Of a DNA stretch of 64,000 nt, positions 51,153 to 64,000 are shown one piece after another. Position 1 is the first letter of the stretch; each line of letters starts with the position of its first letter. A model generated the notes under the pieces. The model worked only from the letters and a program-made list of their open reading frames with translations. It ran no database searches and was not told the DNA's origin. Source of the DNA: Octopus vulgaris (lineage: Eukaryota); the NCBI GenBank assembly GCA_951406725.2, contig OX597835.1:806001-870000 (forward strand). The letters are read 5' to 3'. The translations under genes and the position numbers were made by a program.

Positions 51153-51904
51153 CTGTTAGAAATAGCAACTGAAATGCTTTTAAATCAGATCCCAATGCTG
51201 GATGTTCAAGAACCAAATGAAGGACAGATTTTCAATCCTGGGATAATCCTGATTCCAAAAAAGGTAGAATATGTCTGTGTAGAGTAAATGTAGACTAGGA
51301 TACAGTCAAGTGTGTATATAAATAGATTTGTTCCTTGATAATGTCCAATGTTCCATGGCTGCTTGGGCTGGAGGGTGAGATTTGATACTATTGGTCTAAA
51401 GACTAAGTTTCTGCAGCTGGATGTCATAACACCATCAACTTCATAGTTTCGACTGAATGCTTTTTTTTTTTTACATTTCACTGGCACTAGTATGGTCGCT
51501 ATGCATCATGCATGACTACGAACCCTAAGGAGGTTGGTGGGGGATGAGCAACTATACAAAGTGATAAGAGATTGAATCATCATCATTTAACATCCGTTGT
51601 CCATGCTGGTATGGCTTGGACAGTTTGATCATAGCTGGCTGGACAGAGATCAACACTAGGTTCCAGTCTGATTTGGCTTGGTTCTGTGGCTAGATGCCCT
51701 TCCTAATATCAATCACCTTACAAAATGTGTTGGGTGTTTTTACATGGCTGAACCGCTAAGTTATGGGGACATAAACACATCAGCATTGGTTGTCAAGTGA
51801 GGGGGGACAAACACAGACACACAAACATATACACACACACATACATATATATATTTATATACATATATATATATATACAACGGGCTTCTTTCAGTTTCTA
51901 TCTA

Positions 51905-52170
51905 CCAACCTCTCATTTGGTTTGTGGTATGGTCTGTAAGAACAGGAGCTCAGGTCTGATATAATGTCTAAAAAGTTTACAATGGTAAGGTTAGTCTCAG
52001 TGGTTATCTTGAGTCCCATGGAGATAAGAGTGCTAATTAGGTCCTTCCTAAGTCTATCAAGGGTTCCCATTAGCTCCTCTAGAGATGGCCTAAGTGACAT
52101 CTCTGTAAAGACCAACGACAACTGATGGAACCTCTTGTTTAGTAAGCACTCCTAAGCTGCGAGTAGAGGC
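51905..52170 (-). mobile_element. Penelope-like RT fragment
   Basis: VGLYRD...LDRLRKDLI...GLKITTETNL..VNFLD...YRPYHKPN. Confidence 0.8.
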
Positions 52171-52846
52171 AGGATGATCATGTAGGGTACATAATGACTG
52201 CTCAGTAGGGAGGCTGATGTGAATCCGAGCGGAGCATGTATGAGGCTGGGGTGGTGGCCACCACCAGCAGCCAGAGAAACAGCCTAAGCAGCAATGGCAC
52301 ATCTACTGACAACAGCAACAACAATGATAGCTGTGACGGCAGTAGCAACAGCAGCACTTCAAGCAGCAGCAACACAAACTTATACAAACAGGAGCAAATG
52401 ATGTAAGCTTTGCATAGCAGAGCAGGAAAGAATCCTTAAAAAAACTCACTCAACCTGGGAACCTTTTTAAACTCCAGGAAAGAAGTATTCAGTCGCTTCC
52501 CTCATCTAAAATGTTTCCTATTTCAGACTTGGAATTCTCCATTCATTGAATAGTCTTGTCACAGCTCCTTTGAATTTCACTGTGGCTGGAGTAACTCCAT
52601 CCTGCCTGCAACACAGACAATTATTTTTTGCTCAGAAAACCAACTGATCATTATGCATTTCTTCCTCCAGTTGTAGAGAGATTATATGCCTTCAGTCATT
52701 TGAGTCTGATGAGTTATCTATACTGCTAAGTGCTTTATAGATGCAAAACTGCAAAACCAATATTCACTCTATGACTGGCCATAACTTTTAATTTCCTGAA
52801 ATATATTACTGCTCTAATGCTTTAGAGTGTGATTCTTATATATATC

Positions 52847-52924
<78 letters not shown>

Positions 52925-52989
52925 TGTATGTATGTATGTATGTATGTATATATATATATATACATATATATATGTATGTATGTATGTAT

Positions 52990-53118
<129 letters not shown>

Positions 53119-53499
53119 CATACACATATATATACACATATATATATATGGGTGTGTGTGTGTGTGTATAAAATAAAAAGTGTGTTATGAGCATTTATAG
53201 TATAAAATCTTATATAAACTCAACTAACAATTAAATAATGGAGAAGAGAAGATGTTAAAAGCTTTTATAAAGTTTTAATCCGTGTGATCATTTCGAATAA
53301 TACCAGCATGTAAGAAACATGGTGAAATTAAATTAATTATAATATATTACAAATGCTCATAACACACTTTTTATTTGTCATATTCTCATATTTTAAATAT
53401 TTGCATTAGCAAGTTACTACTTTGATATGAAGAATCTTTATTAGAAATCTAACATTTTGGACCCCAAAAAAGTTCAAAATGTCCTACTTGAACTAAACT

Positions 53500-53597
<98 letters not shown>

Positions 53598-54799
53598 GCA
53601 AATTACTTCCACAAAAGAAATTATTCTGTTCTTAGCAACTACAAGTTGACTTCAGCATATTTTTGCAAAACTGATCTCCAAGCTGGTCGGTTTTTTAGGG
53701 AAAAGATAAGAAAGTCTTCACGTCTTCTATAACTGGTATTTTAACATATGTTCTAAGAAAAGAACTTTGCAATCATTTTAACCCATTTCTGATAAATATG
53801 ATATTGGTAGTACTTATCAGCACTGAAATCAGGTCTTCAATAATTCTATAAATTTTGTAAATATTCAATAATAGAACAAACTTTTGAATATGACTTCATA
53901 TATTTGCTTTAAATATAGGTTTGATATTCATTAGCATTCCAAGTAAAATGTTTCGTCTTTGAGTTTGAATTCCATCGAGATCATCTTTGCCTTTCATCCT
54001 TTCAGGTTTGATAAAATAAGTACCAGTTGAATACTGGGGTCAATGTAATCAACTTATCCCTTCCCTGTAATTACTGGCATTGTGCCAAAATTTGAAATCA
54101 ATATAGGCTTGACGTAATATATTCATACATTAATTAAAATAACATTAACTAAAATGTCATTCTATATGAATAAATATATATAAATAAATACGCCATAATC
54201 TTTTAGAATCTATGGAATTTTCTAAGAAGTATAGAATGCTACTTGCGTTGTAGAATTCTAATTACAAGAAACCTGTTAATTAACCCAAGTTCCTATTTTT
54301 GGACGTTTCTGACGATTTTTCAAATTTAAATTTTAGAAACTTTAAAAAAAATTTATTTAAATACATTGTCAGACATTCGAAATAGCTGTCTTACATAAAT
54401 AAGAATTGCAGGGGTGGGTGTCCTGCATTTTTCCATGTTTTATGGTACACCACATTTCAAAATACTCACAGACAGACATTTTTTTGAAAATATTTCATTT
54501 CATATTTTCAAGTTTAAAATCCATTTGGAATGTATTCTTTTACTCTTTTACTTGTTTCAGTCATTTGACTGTGGCCATGCTGGAGCACCGCCTTTAGTCG
54601 AGCAAATCGACCCCAGGACTTATTCTTTGGAAGCCTAGCACTTATCCTATCGGTCTCTTTTGCTGAGCCACTAAGTTACGGGGACGTAAACACACCACCA
54701 TCAGTTGTCAAGCGATGTTGGAAGGACAAACACACACACATGCACATACATACATACATACATAATAATAATAACAATAATAATAATAATAATAATAAT

Positions 54800-55150
54800 A
54801 TGTACCACGTGAGATGACACTTCCTTTTGATGTTAATGTTGCTGACGTAGATATCTCTTTGGAGGAGAATCTCATTGAATTGCAGAATGATGAAATATTT
54901 CAGGCAAGATTTAAAGATAGGAAACATAACATATGGAAAAAGAATGACACTGCTACAAAGTATCCACTGCTCTAGGAGGGCACAGGTGTGTGTCACTGCT
55001 TTTCTTTCATCTGACCTTGTTGAATCTGGTTTCAGTTGTGTTACTCAACTCGACTTTGTGGAAAAAGGTGATCTTTGATTACCATGACAACATTGGAGCC
55101 AAACATTACAAAACTAGCAGAGCAACATCAACTGCAAAGCTCACATTAAA
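54800..55150 (+). mobile_element. hAT (Buster-like) transposase C-terminal remnant
   Basis: EENLIELQND...KYPLL...SSDLVESGFS (dimerisation-domain-like). Confidence 0.65.
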
Positions 55151-55779
55151 TAACATGGTACTAAAGTACTATCTTCATCATCATCATCATCATCGTTTAA
55201 CGTCCGCTTTCCATGCTAGCATGTGCTGTTTAAACAAAAACAGAGCGAATATATTGTCAGAAAGTACCTACTGTGAAAGGGGCACCACAACACCACATGT
55301 AGGATGCTGAAGCAAAGAAAGAGAGCTAGCAGTCCTAGCTGTGGGCAGATGGTGAGCTGACTACCCAAAAGGGGAAATAGACAGAGTCCTGTCAGTCGAG
55401 CTCCTTCTATGTGTTTCATGACTTCCGTTAAGGGCTGTTGTGTCTTGCTTATGCATCATGGCTGCCCGCTTTGTCCCTTCTGGGCCTTTTATGTTTAGCC
55501 CTGAGATAATCCAAGCAGGCATGATGGGTACGCTACAGACTCCCTTGGCAGTTGTGAAGCTATGGCAATAACAAGAGACAAAAGAATAAGGATCTACAGT
55601 GCAAAACATACCAGAAGACTTTCAGGTATGAAATATTCAACCAAAGAAAATGTAATATGTAACAATATGACAATAAAAATAGGGAGCCAACTCAACAATG
55701 AAAATAGCATGAAAACAAAATATCACAATTCAAGGAAAGAGTTCATTCAATGTTCCTTTAGATATAAGTCTGAGTCAAT

Positions 55780-56190
55780 ATTTTTGGCCAATGTACTTTT
55801 CGTCTGCCCCTAGTTGTTACGGAGGGCAAATTTGAAGTTTGTTTTGTGAGTGGTGTCTGTTGTGCAGTGTGTGCATTATGTGTTATGGGAGTGGGAATAG
55901 TTGTGTCTATGTAGGATTTTTTTAGTATATCCACACTGACAGTGTCTTTCACACTTTTATAGTCAATAGTAATGAATTTGTCGGCATGACATAACACGCG
56001 ATAAGGTCCTTGGTATGGAGGGGTTAATAGATGACCAACTGCATCACTCCTCATAAAAACATGAGTCCAGGATGATATGTCCACAGGAACATAGGAGTTT
56101 GTGGATTGCTGTCTTGTGTTGGTGAGAAGCAAAGTCTCCATGTAATGTCTAAGATGATCCACAGAGTTTGAGTAATCTGGTCTCTGGGGT
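55780..56190 (-). mobile_element. Ty3/Gypsy integrase C-terminal (GPY/F) remnant
   Basis: THVFMRSDAV..LLTPPYQGPYRVL...DTVSVDILK...TTRGRRKVH. Confidence 0.8.
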
Positions 56191-56392
56191 AGAGATATTT
56201 TTGAAACATTTAAAAATTAATATTTCATTCTTATCTTTGAAAATGCTTATTGTTTTGTATTCCACATTTGTATAATGTTTGCATGTAGAATATATTTTAT
56301 TCACTATAAACTTCATTTGATTTCCTTCGATATTATTAGACTAAATTGTTTTGGTGTGTACATACTTTGAGATTAGTGTATGTATATGTATG

Positions 56393-56437
<45 letters not shown>

Positions 56438-56449
56438 TAATTTATTATA

Positions 56450-56778
56450 TTACAGGACTAGTACTGTTTCATTCAGAATTCAGAAGATTACAAGTGTATT
56501 AGATTTAAATTTAGAGGAGTGGTGGTGGGACTGGGGTAGGCATATACATTTGATAATAAAAAAAAAAAAAAAAAATAAAAAATAAAATAAAAAGATAAAA
56601 TAAAAGTAAAATAAAATATAAAAATAAAAATAAAAATATATAAAAATATATATATAATATAAAAAATATATAAAAATATATATATAAAATATATATATAA
56701 AAATATATATAAAAAGATAATAAAAAAAATTCTACTTATATATAACGTATACGTATCACACACACATACGCACAACAC

Positions 56779-56810
<32 letters not shown>

Positions 56811-57177
56811 CAAACACACAATACACATACATACATAAAATATACATATACATATATATATATAACCAATAAGGCATTCTAATTTAATTTATTATCTTCA
56901 TTATTACTTTGATCTTGACGTAAGGCAAGAATCCTGCAAGCTGTTGTCATTTGTCTGTCTATAGATAGCACACTCATTAGACGTAATTCACCCATCGAAC
57001 TCATACACAACCGTACAGCTATATCTACAACAAACATCTACACGTCACGTATATACATATCTTACTACAGATTCGTGTCTACACTTTAGGAGGTATCTAT
57101 AATATACACAATAAATATAATATATATATATATATATAACAAAATACACACACACATATACTCCCATACAGTACATA

Positions 57178-57228
<51 letters not shown>

Positions 57229-58388
57229 ATACATACACAACACACAAACACACATACATACAATATATACATACACAACTATACACACACATATATACAT
57301 ACACATACACACATACATACGTATACATACCTAATACATCTAAATATACATGATTTATAGTAACACACATCTATATATATATAAAAAAAAAAACACACCA
57401 CACATACATATAAAACACGCACACCATACATAATAAGTATACATGATCACAATACATGGTAAACACGTGCAACGCAGCGATCCAAAAATAAAAAAATATT
57501 TATACGTTAAATCATACATATATACGCCACACTATATATGCACACATACACACATATACATATATCATGATATACATATATGATACATACACACACGACT
57601 CAAAAAAAAAAAAAAAAAAAAAAAAACATATATACATACATAGATCACATACCAACACAACGACACACATATACACAACATATATATAATATAATATACA
57701 TATACGATATATATAATATACATACATATAATACACACACACAATATACACTGATATAATACATACACATGATATATATATACTACATATCACATATATA
57801 TATATACATATACACACATACACATATACAGTACATACATACGCATGCATATATATATATATACAACAAAAACACAAAAAAAAAAAACACACACACACAC
57901 ACATACAACACATATACATGTATACATACGCATATATATACACATACACACCACAGACAGATGCATATACATACATATATATATAAAACTACATATCTAT
58001 ATAAATACATACATGATACATATACACACACATATATATAATTCTGCATATACAACAAGTATAATACACAAACATACACACACACGCGCACACATACATA
58101 TACACACACACATAAATACATACATACACACATACACACATATATGTATATGCATATGTATGTGTAAATGTATGCTTATGTATTGTATGTATGTATAAAT
58201 ATTATATATAGCTAGAAATAAAATAAATTACTTTGCACATACTAAACTTTCTAAAATAGCAGCCAATAAAGTTTTAGCCTCTTCCACTACTTAGAAATTT
58301 TTTTCCTCTAACATTGTTTACTCAAATAATAATGGTCCTTTACATACAAATGATGAAATTGATTAATAACTAATACTTTACCTGTGAT

Positions 58389-58420
<32 letters not shown>

Positions 58421-60295
58421 ATGTGTACATGTATATATGTATATATATATATATATATTTGTGTGTGTGTTGTGTGTGTATGTATGTATTTGTATATGTG
58501 TGTGTATGTATGTGTGCTGTGTGTATGTTTGTGTATGTATACTTGTATATGTATATGCATGAATGTATATATATGTGTATATGTGTATCATGTATGTATT
58601 TATATAAATGGTTTTTTTTTTGTATTAACATCTGTCTGTGTGTGTGTATGTGTATATGCGTATTTTTTATGTATACATGTATATGTGTATATGTATGTGT
58701 GTGTGTGTTATGTATTATATATATATATATATATGTGTATATATATGTATGTATATATATATATATGCGTATGTGTATGTACATGTATATGTGTATGTGT
58801 GTATATGTATATATCTATATATGTGTATGTAGTAATATAGTATATATGTGTATGTAGTATGTATCAGTATATGTATATATTTATGTGTGTGTGTATGTAT
58901 ATGTATGTATATGTGTATATATGTATGTATATGTGTATATATATATATATGTATATATATGTATGTGTATATGTGTGTCGTGTGTATGTGTATGTATGTG
59001 TATATGTGTCTATGTATGTATATATGTGTGTGTGTGTGTGCATATATGTATTGTAAGTATGTGTGCGCGTATAGTATGTATGTATGCTTGCACACGTGTA
59101 TATATATATGTGTGTGTGTATTTATATGGATGCGCGTCGTGTGTGCAGTGTGTTATTTGTATGTGCGTGTATGGTATATGTATGTATGTATGTGTGTGCG
59201 TAATTTGTATATGTATGTGTGAGTGTTTTTTTTTTTTTATATATATAGATGGGTGTGTATGCGTATAAATGCATGTAAGTATGGATGTATAGATGTATGT
59301 AGGTATGTATACGTATGTATGTGTGTATGTGTGTATGTATATATATGTGTGTGTATATATGTTTGTGTATGTATATATATGTGTATTATGTGTGTGTATG
59401 TGTGTATGTGTATGTATGTATGTATGTATATTATATGTATATATTTTTTTTTTTTTTTTATGTATCTGTATGTAGGAGTATATATGTGTGTGTGTGTATG
59501 TATGCGTATATATATATATATATATATGTATATTTTGGTGTTGTATGACTAGCTCCTAAAGTGTAGACACGAATTGTAGGTACGAGTAGTATGTTATATA
59601 CGAACGTATGTAGATGTATGTATGAATATAACGCGTGTACGTGTATGTGTATGAGTGACGAATGGGTGAATGTACGTGTAATGAGTGTGCGTGCGGGTGA
59701 TACTTGCTTCTAGTAGACAGACAAATGACAAACTATTGCCAGATTCTTAGCCTTACGATCAAAGATAACAAAAGAATAAATGAAGATAATAAAATTAAAA
59801 TTAGGAATGCCTGTATTGGATTGTATATATATATATGTATATGTATATTTGTATGTATGTATGTGTGTGTGTGTATATATGTTTTTTTTTTTTTTTTTTT
59901 TTTTTGTGTGTGTTTGTGTATGTCGTAGTGTGTGTAGATACATACAGGATAGGTATTAATCTCCTTATTTACCTATAACTCTATCCCCCTTTTTTATATA
60001 TATATTTTTTATATATATATTTTATATATATATTTTTATATATTTTTTATATATATTTTATACTTTTTATATTTTTATATATTTTTATATTTTTATATTT
60101 TATATTTTTTTTATTCTTTTATTTTATCTTTTTATTTTATTTTTATTTTTATTTTTATTTTTTATTACCTTGACCACCCCAAGTATGATATTTTCGAGCC
60201 ACCAAAAGTCCCCCACCAATTTAAATGTATAAATGCTAATACAATTCTTGTTAAATAGCTTCCTGAAGATTTCTCTTGAATGAAACAGTCTAGTC
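56450..60295. repeat. ~3.8-kb indel-rich inverted repeat in low-complexity DNA (centre about 58300)
   Basis: Mirrored unique anchors: 56456/60295, 56870-56970/59705-59815, 57071-57092/59553-59574, 57952/58640. Confidence 0.85.
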
Positions 60296-60373
60296 TTGAA
60301 GCTCCTTCTATATAATAAATTATTTACTCTGCTATGTATTGAGTATTACTTACTGTTTAACCCGAATCAACGG

Positions 60374-60407
<34 letters not shown>

Positions 60408-60441
60408 TAGCATGAAGCGGACGACATGATGATGATGATGA

Positions 60442-60490
<49 letters not shown>

Positions 60491-60549
60491 ATGTATATTT
60501 ATATACATATATATATTTATATATATGCATATGTGTGTGTGTAAGGGAT

Positions 60550-63405
60550 GTTTGAATGGAGGCGTGGTGGTACATATTGCATCCAAGAGGTAAGGTGGAG
60601 AAGTAACAGTGATGGACTAGGTGGTGTGGGCAAACTCCTTGCAGAAAAATGAGTAGATAAGGTCAAAGAGGTAGTCAGAGTGTGTGATGGAGTACTAGTC
60701 TAGATAGAGTACTAGTCTAGATAGAGGCTAGTCTTGCAGAATAGTATAGCGACAATTATATCTAGCTATGCCCCACAAGCAGGCCTACCAAATGAACGGA
60801 AGGAACACTTTCATGATATTCTTTTCCAGACTACTTCAAAGACAAGTGACAATGGTATCTTCCATGGTGTTCATAGGGTCCATGAAATTGGTTCCCAAAA
60901 ACAAAGAGGAAACAAGGCTACTGGAGCTCTGTGATGCAAATAACCTTTTGATCTGCAACATCAACTTCAGGAAGCCAGCCAGCCACCTGATAACCAATTA
61001 ATCAGGTGACTCTGCTAGCCAGATCGATTTCATTCACACCAGTGGGATGCATGGTTGTTCTTAAATACAAAGACCCTCCCTGATGAAGAATGTACCTCCT
61101 AGCATAGACTAGTCATTAGCGACTTTAGACTCCTGGCTAGAACAATGCCAAGAAAGAGGCCAATCTGGAAAAGAAGGATTTGGAAGCTTAAGGACCCTTC
61201 ATATGGTCAGAGATTTAGGGACAGCCTAACTGTGAAATTTGATGAGAGGGAGGAGGACTACAAACTTGTGACATAAAGGTCAACTGGGAATTCCTGCAAG
61301 ACCAAATCTGTGGCTAGTGCAAGGTCCCTTCCAGACCTAGGGTAATGTGGTGGTGGAACAATACTGTAGACAGGGTCATTAGAGCAAAGAAACAGGCCTG
61401 GAAGGCATGGAAGAGTGGGGGCAGCAGGGAAATGTATCAGATAGTGAGAAGAGAAGCTAGGAAACAGGTATATCTTGTCAAGGGAGAAGCAGAAATGAAG
61501 TTTGCCCATGTTCAGCATCATGTGGACCAAAGATCTGAAGTATTTTGGATTGCAAGACAGTGTGTGAGAGAAAATTGTGATGCCATGTCATTTGATGTGC
61601 ACTTGCATTTAATGAGTCTGCAAAGAAAGATGCTTGGAGATGCCATTATGAAAGACTGTTGAACATGGAGAATGAATGGGAGGAGGAGAGTCTGCCAAAT
61701 GTTGACCAGCTAACTGAATTGACAGTACCCTGGTAGATAAAGCAATTAAGGATATGAAGACAGGGAAATACCCTGGTCCATTAGGAATCACCACTGAGAT
61801 GCTTAAAATATCAGGCTGTGTGGGTTATGGTTTTGTCACCTGCATCGTAAATCAGGTAGTTCATGAAGGAGTTATACCTTATGACTGGTGTAGAAGCACC
61901 ACAGTCAACTGCTACAAAGGTGAAGGTGATGCCTTAGAAAAAAATAATTACAGAGGCATCAAATTGTTGGATCAGGTGATGAAAGTTACAGAGAAGGTCA
62001 TAGCCCAACTAATTAGGGAGTGAGTTAGCCTAGATGAGATGTAGTTTGGTTTTGTGCCAGGCAGAAGCACCACTCATGCTATATTTCTGGTTAGGTAATT
62101 GCAGGAGAAATATCTAGCCAAAGATAAACTTCTGTACTTGGCTTTTGTTGACTTGGAGAAAGCTTTTGATAGAGTCCCCCAATCGTTTATCTGGTAGTCA
62201 ATTTGGAAACTAGGGATAGACAAGTGGTTGGTGAGAGCCGAACAAGCCTTGTACAGGAACGCTACCAGTAAGGTGAGGGTTGGCAACGAGTACAGAAAAG
62301 AATTCAAGATACAAGTAGGGGTGCACTAAGGATCAGTCCTCAGTCCCCTCTTCTTCATCATAGTCCTTTAGGCAATAACAGAGGAATTCAAGATAGGCTG
62401 CCCCTGGAAGCTCCTCTGTGCTGATGACCTTAAAGCTCTTAAAGCTGAATCACTAGAAAAGGGGTAGCTAGAAACTCCATAAGATGCACCTAGCATAAGC
62501 TTTGGACAAATAAAAGGTGCAGCAACATCAGAGGAAGATTAACAGGGAGACTAACTTTTATATGTGGAAGGGGCACAGGTGCAATAGCCACAGGTACAAA
62601 TGCACAGAAAATAGACTCCATCAAGTGCCAGTGGGGTAAGCTAGAAGTAGTAGATAGCTTCCATTATCTAGGTGACCGAGTTAGTGGTGGAGGTGGATGC
62701 TCCAAGAGCGTAGTAGTGAGAATGAGATTAGGCTGGGCAAAGCTCAGAGAGCTCCAACCCCTGCTGGCAACAAAGGGCCTCTCTCTCAGAGTGAAAGGCA
62801 GATTGTTTGATGCCTGTGTGAACAGCTATGCTGCATGGCAGTGAAACATGGGCTGTGACAGCCGAGGACATGCATAGGGTTGAGAGAAATGAGACCTTTG
62901 ACAATGTGTTGTGCTTGAGAGGACCTGTCAAGCCAAGTGCATCCATGCTGATGGCATATAAAGAACATCTTTTGAATGGTGACCCTTATGGAGGCAAAGT
63001 GGCTGAATTCCTTTTGAGTATTGGGCCTCACAGAGGCAAAGTGGTTGAGTTCCTCTTGAGCATTGGGCCTGACAGAGGCAATGACCAAGGCCATTGTCGT
63101 GCTTGAGAAGACTCCTCAAGCTAAGCAAGATTGCAGTTATGGCAGATACCAGTGTCACACAAATTGGCACCCGTGCCAGTGGAATGTAAATGCACCCTCG
63201 TGTCACACAAATGGCACTCGAGCTGATGGCATGTAAAAGTACCTATTACGCTCTCAGAGTGGTTGGCATTAGGGAGGGCATCCAGATGTAAAAATCATGC
63301 CAAATCAGACTTGGGTCTGGTGTAGCCTTCCAGCCTTGCCATCCCTGTCAAACCATCCAACCCATGCCAGCATAGACAACAGTTGTTAAATGATGATGAT
63401 GATGA
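60550..63405 (+). mobile_element. Long decayed RTE-LINE (endonuclease, RT and 3' tail)
   Basis: WWWNNTVD, NNYRGIKLL, AFVDLEKAFDRVP, GSVLSP, CADD, MLHGSETWA; many stops; (ATG)n tail. Confidence 0.9.
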
Positions 63406-63417
63406 TATATATATATA

Positions 63418-63945
63418 TCATCATCATCATCATCATTGTTTAACATCTGCTTTCCATGCTGCCATGGGTTTAAATGTGGACTGTCAAGCCAGGAGGCTGC
63501 ACTAGGCTCCAATCTGATCTGGCAAGGTTTCTACAGTTGGATACCCTTCCTAATGCCAACCACTCTAAGAGTGTAGTGGGTGCTTTTTATGTGCCACCAA
63601 CACTGCAGCCAGTCAGGCGACACTGGCATTGACCACACTTGAATGGTGCTTTTTAAGTGCCACTGTCATTTGAGTCAGGTGGCACTGGCATTGACCACGC
63701 TCGAATGGTGCTTTTTATGTACCACTAGCACTGGCATCGGCCACGACTATGATTTCACTTCACTCAACAGGTCTTCTGAAGTACATCATATTGCCCGATG
63801 AGTGAAGGGTACTTTTAAACGGGCCAGTTATGCGACACTGGCATCAACCACGGCTACAATCTCACTTGGCTTGCCGGGTTTTCTCAAGCACAGCATATCT
63901 CCAAAGGTCTCGATCACTTGTCTTTGCCTTTGTGAGGCCCAACAT
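63418..63945 (-). mobile_element. RTE-LINE 3' end, tail-to-tail with the preceding copy
   Basis: (CAT)n tail followed by the reverse-complemented 3' UTR. Confidence 0.75.
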
Positions 63946-64000
63946 TATATATATATATTCTTTTACTCTTTTACTCATTTCAGCCATGCAGCTGCAGTCA

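Noticed and set aside
52450-52605. Minus-strand segment with good acceptor and gtgagt donor
   Set aside because: Stops in all three frames. It could be a UTR exon but cannot be supported from sequence alone.
52700-52772. CTGATGA plus atctata/tatagat stem as a hammerhead
   Set aside because: GAAA is absent and stem III does not pair; too degenerate to call.

Overview
AT-rich animal genomic DNA dense in microsatellites and repeats. The SINE, RTE and Penelope repertoire and the (TA)n/(CA)n load suggest an octopod cephalopod (inference). The main gene is missed by the ORF track: a minus-strand, multi-exon cadherin-related gene assembled by hand from 13 GT-AG exons with consistent phases (46082 down to 4086; 1440 nt, 480 aa). 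It encodes a signal peptide, four cadherin (EC) repeats and the start of a fifth, and continues past the window start. Its Ca2+-binding linker motifs are strongly degenerate, and it most resembles the PCDH15/CDHR2/CDHR5/Cad99C-type cadherins. The introns hold a 4-kb 17-bp satellite (source of the spurious 1320-aa and 1163-aa ORFs), an open 5'-truncated CR1 RT and many decayed elements (RTE, R4/Dong, Hero-like, Tx1, Penelope, hAT, maT, Chapaev3, MITEs, tRNA-SINEs). They also hold a degenerate Penelope-type minimal hammerhead ribozyme and several hairpins. Upstream are pogo, Helentron-like and Gypsy remnants, a possible TIR-like terminal exon and a ~3.8-kb noisy palindrome that is probably an assembly artefact. 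I found no clearly new biological system; the divergent cadherin and its hairpin-rich pre-mRNA are the best leads.
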